DNA of 25,431 bases from a virus. Its lineage: Duplodnaviria > Caudoviricetes. Shown here in pieces: positions 25,079 through 25,431 of the stretch. Below the pieces are notes generated by a model. It saw only the letters and a program-made list of their open reading frames with translations. It was not told the origin of the DNA and made no database searches. The stretch's first letter is position 1. Every line of letters begins with the position of its first letter. The translations under genes and the position numbers were made by a program. The stretch is from IMG/VR virus record IMGVR_UViG_3300025389_000108, positions 1 through 25,431 of that record, one strand, 5' to 3'.

Positions 25079-25431
25079 TTAGAACTTAGTCTGTCCGAGT
25101 AGCATAACATATGTATTAGCTGCTGTACATATTAATGTAATAGCATAGAAGTCATAGTTTACTGTTGCATCTGCAGCAGTCCATATTGAACCACCTTGAT
25201 AGTACGCTGTCACGGTGTAAGTGTTAGTATATGCTGTTCCGTGAGCAGGTAGCGTAGTACCACCGTTAACAGTGTAACCATTGATCGTAAACCCTGATGG
25301 GAGATAGGCTGTAGAACCATTATTTGTACCAACAGTGACAGTAACGGCTTGACCAACAGTAGTTGGAGCATTGGTTATTTGGATTTGCCATGCTGATGTT
25401 GGAGCAGCAGTGTAGACATAGACTCCACCAG
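25079..25431 (-). CDS. Tail fibre-like protein, C-terminal part (5' end outside the window)
   Basis: Not in the ORF track. Open frame ...GGVYVYTAAPTSAWQIQITNAP...YYQGGSIWTAADATVNYDFYAITLICTAANTYVMLLGQTKF* resembles a common phage fibre C-terminal domain. Confidence 0.7.
   Translation of the reverse strand, partial: GGVYVYTAAPTSAWQIQITNAPTTVGQAVTVTVGTNNGSTAYLPSGFTINGYTVNGGTTLPAHGTAYTNTYTVTAYYQGGSIWTAADATVNYDFYAITLICTAANTYVMLLGQTKF

Overview
Segment of a tailed dsDNA phage genome with a contractile (myovirus-type) tail. All credible genes lie on the minus strand and are tightly coupled, often through TAATG/ATGA overlaps. In transcription order (right to left): the C-terminus of a fibre-like protein; a 391-aa virion-type protein whose inserted loop carries a mirror-symmetric 5+5 Cys ladder around a basic motif and a Pro/Phe (PPFF)n VNTR; two small paralogues and a Cys-rich protein; an AT-rich enzyme cassette (two paralogous jelly-roll-type proteins plus an internally deleted third copy, sulfotransferase, Asp/Asn-beta-hydroxylase-type oxygenase, HemK-like methyltransferase with an altered NPPY motif, P4H-type 2OG-Fe(II) oxygenase, APS-kinase-like protein); a very basic 20-aa-repeat protein; a stand-alone NlpC/P60 peptidase; neck and tail-completion genes; tail sheath; tail tube; a decoration-like protein; tail assembly chaperones joined by a probable -1 frameshift (CCCAAAA); tape measure; baseplate proteins; a hub with an NlpC/P60 domain; a spike/collar-needle fibre; and the start of a gp25-like wedge gene. 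The main candidate for an undescribed system is a phage-encoded virion post-translational modification module (hydroxylation, sulfation, methylation) next to an extensin-like polyproline display loop. A strong Ser-Gly bias in surface virion proteins points the same way. All functional calls rest on motif recognition and gene order; no database search was run.
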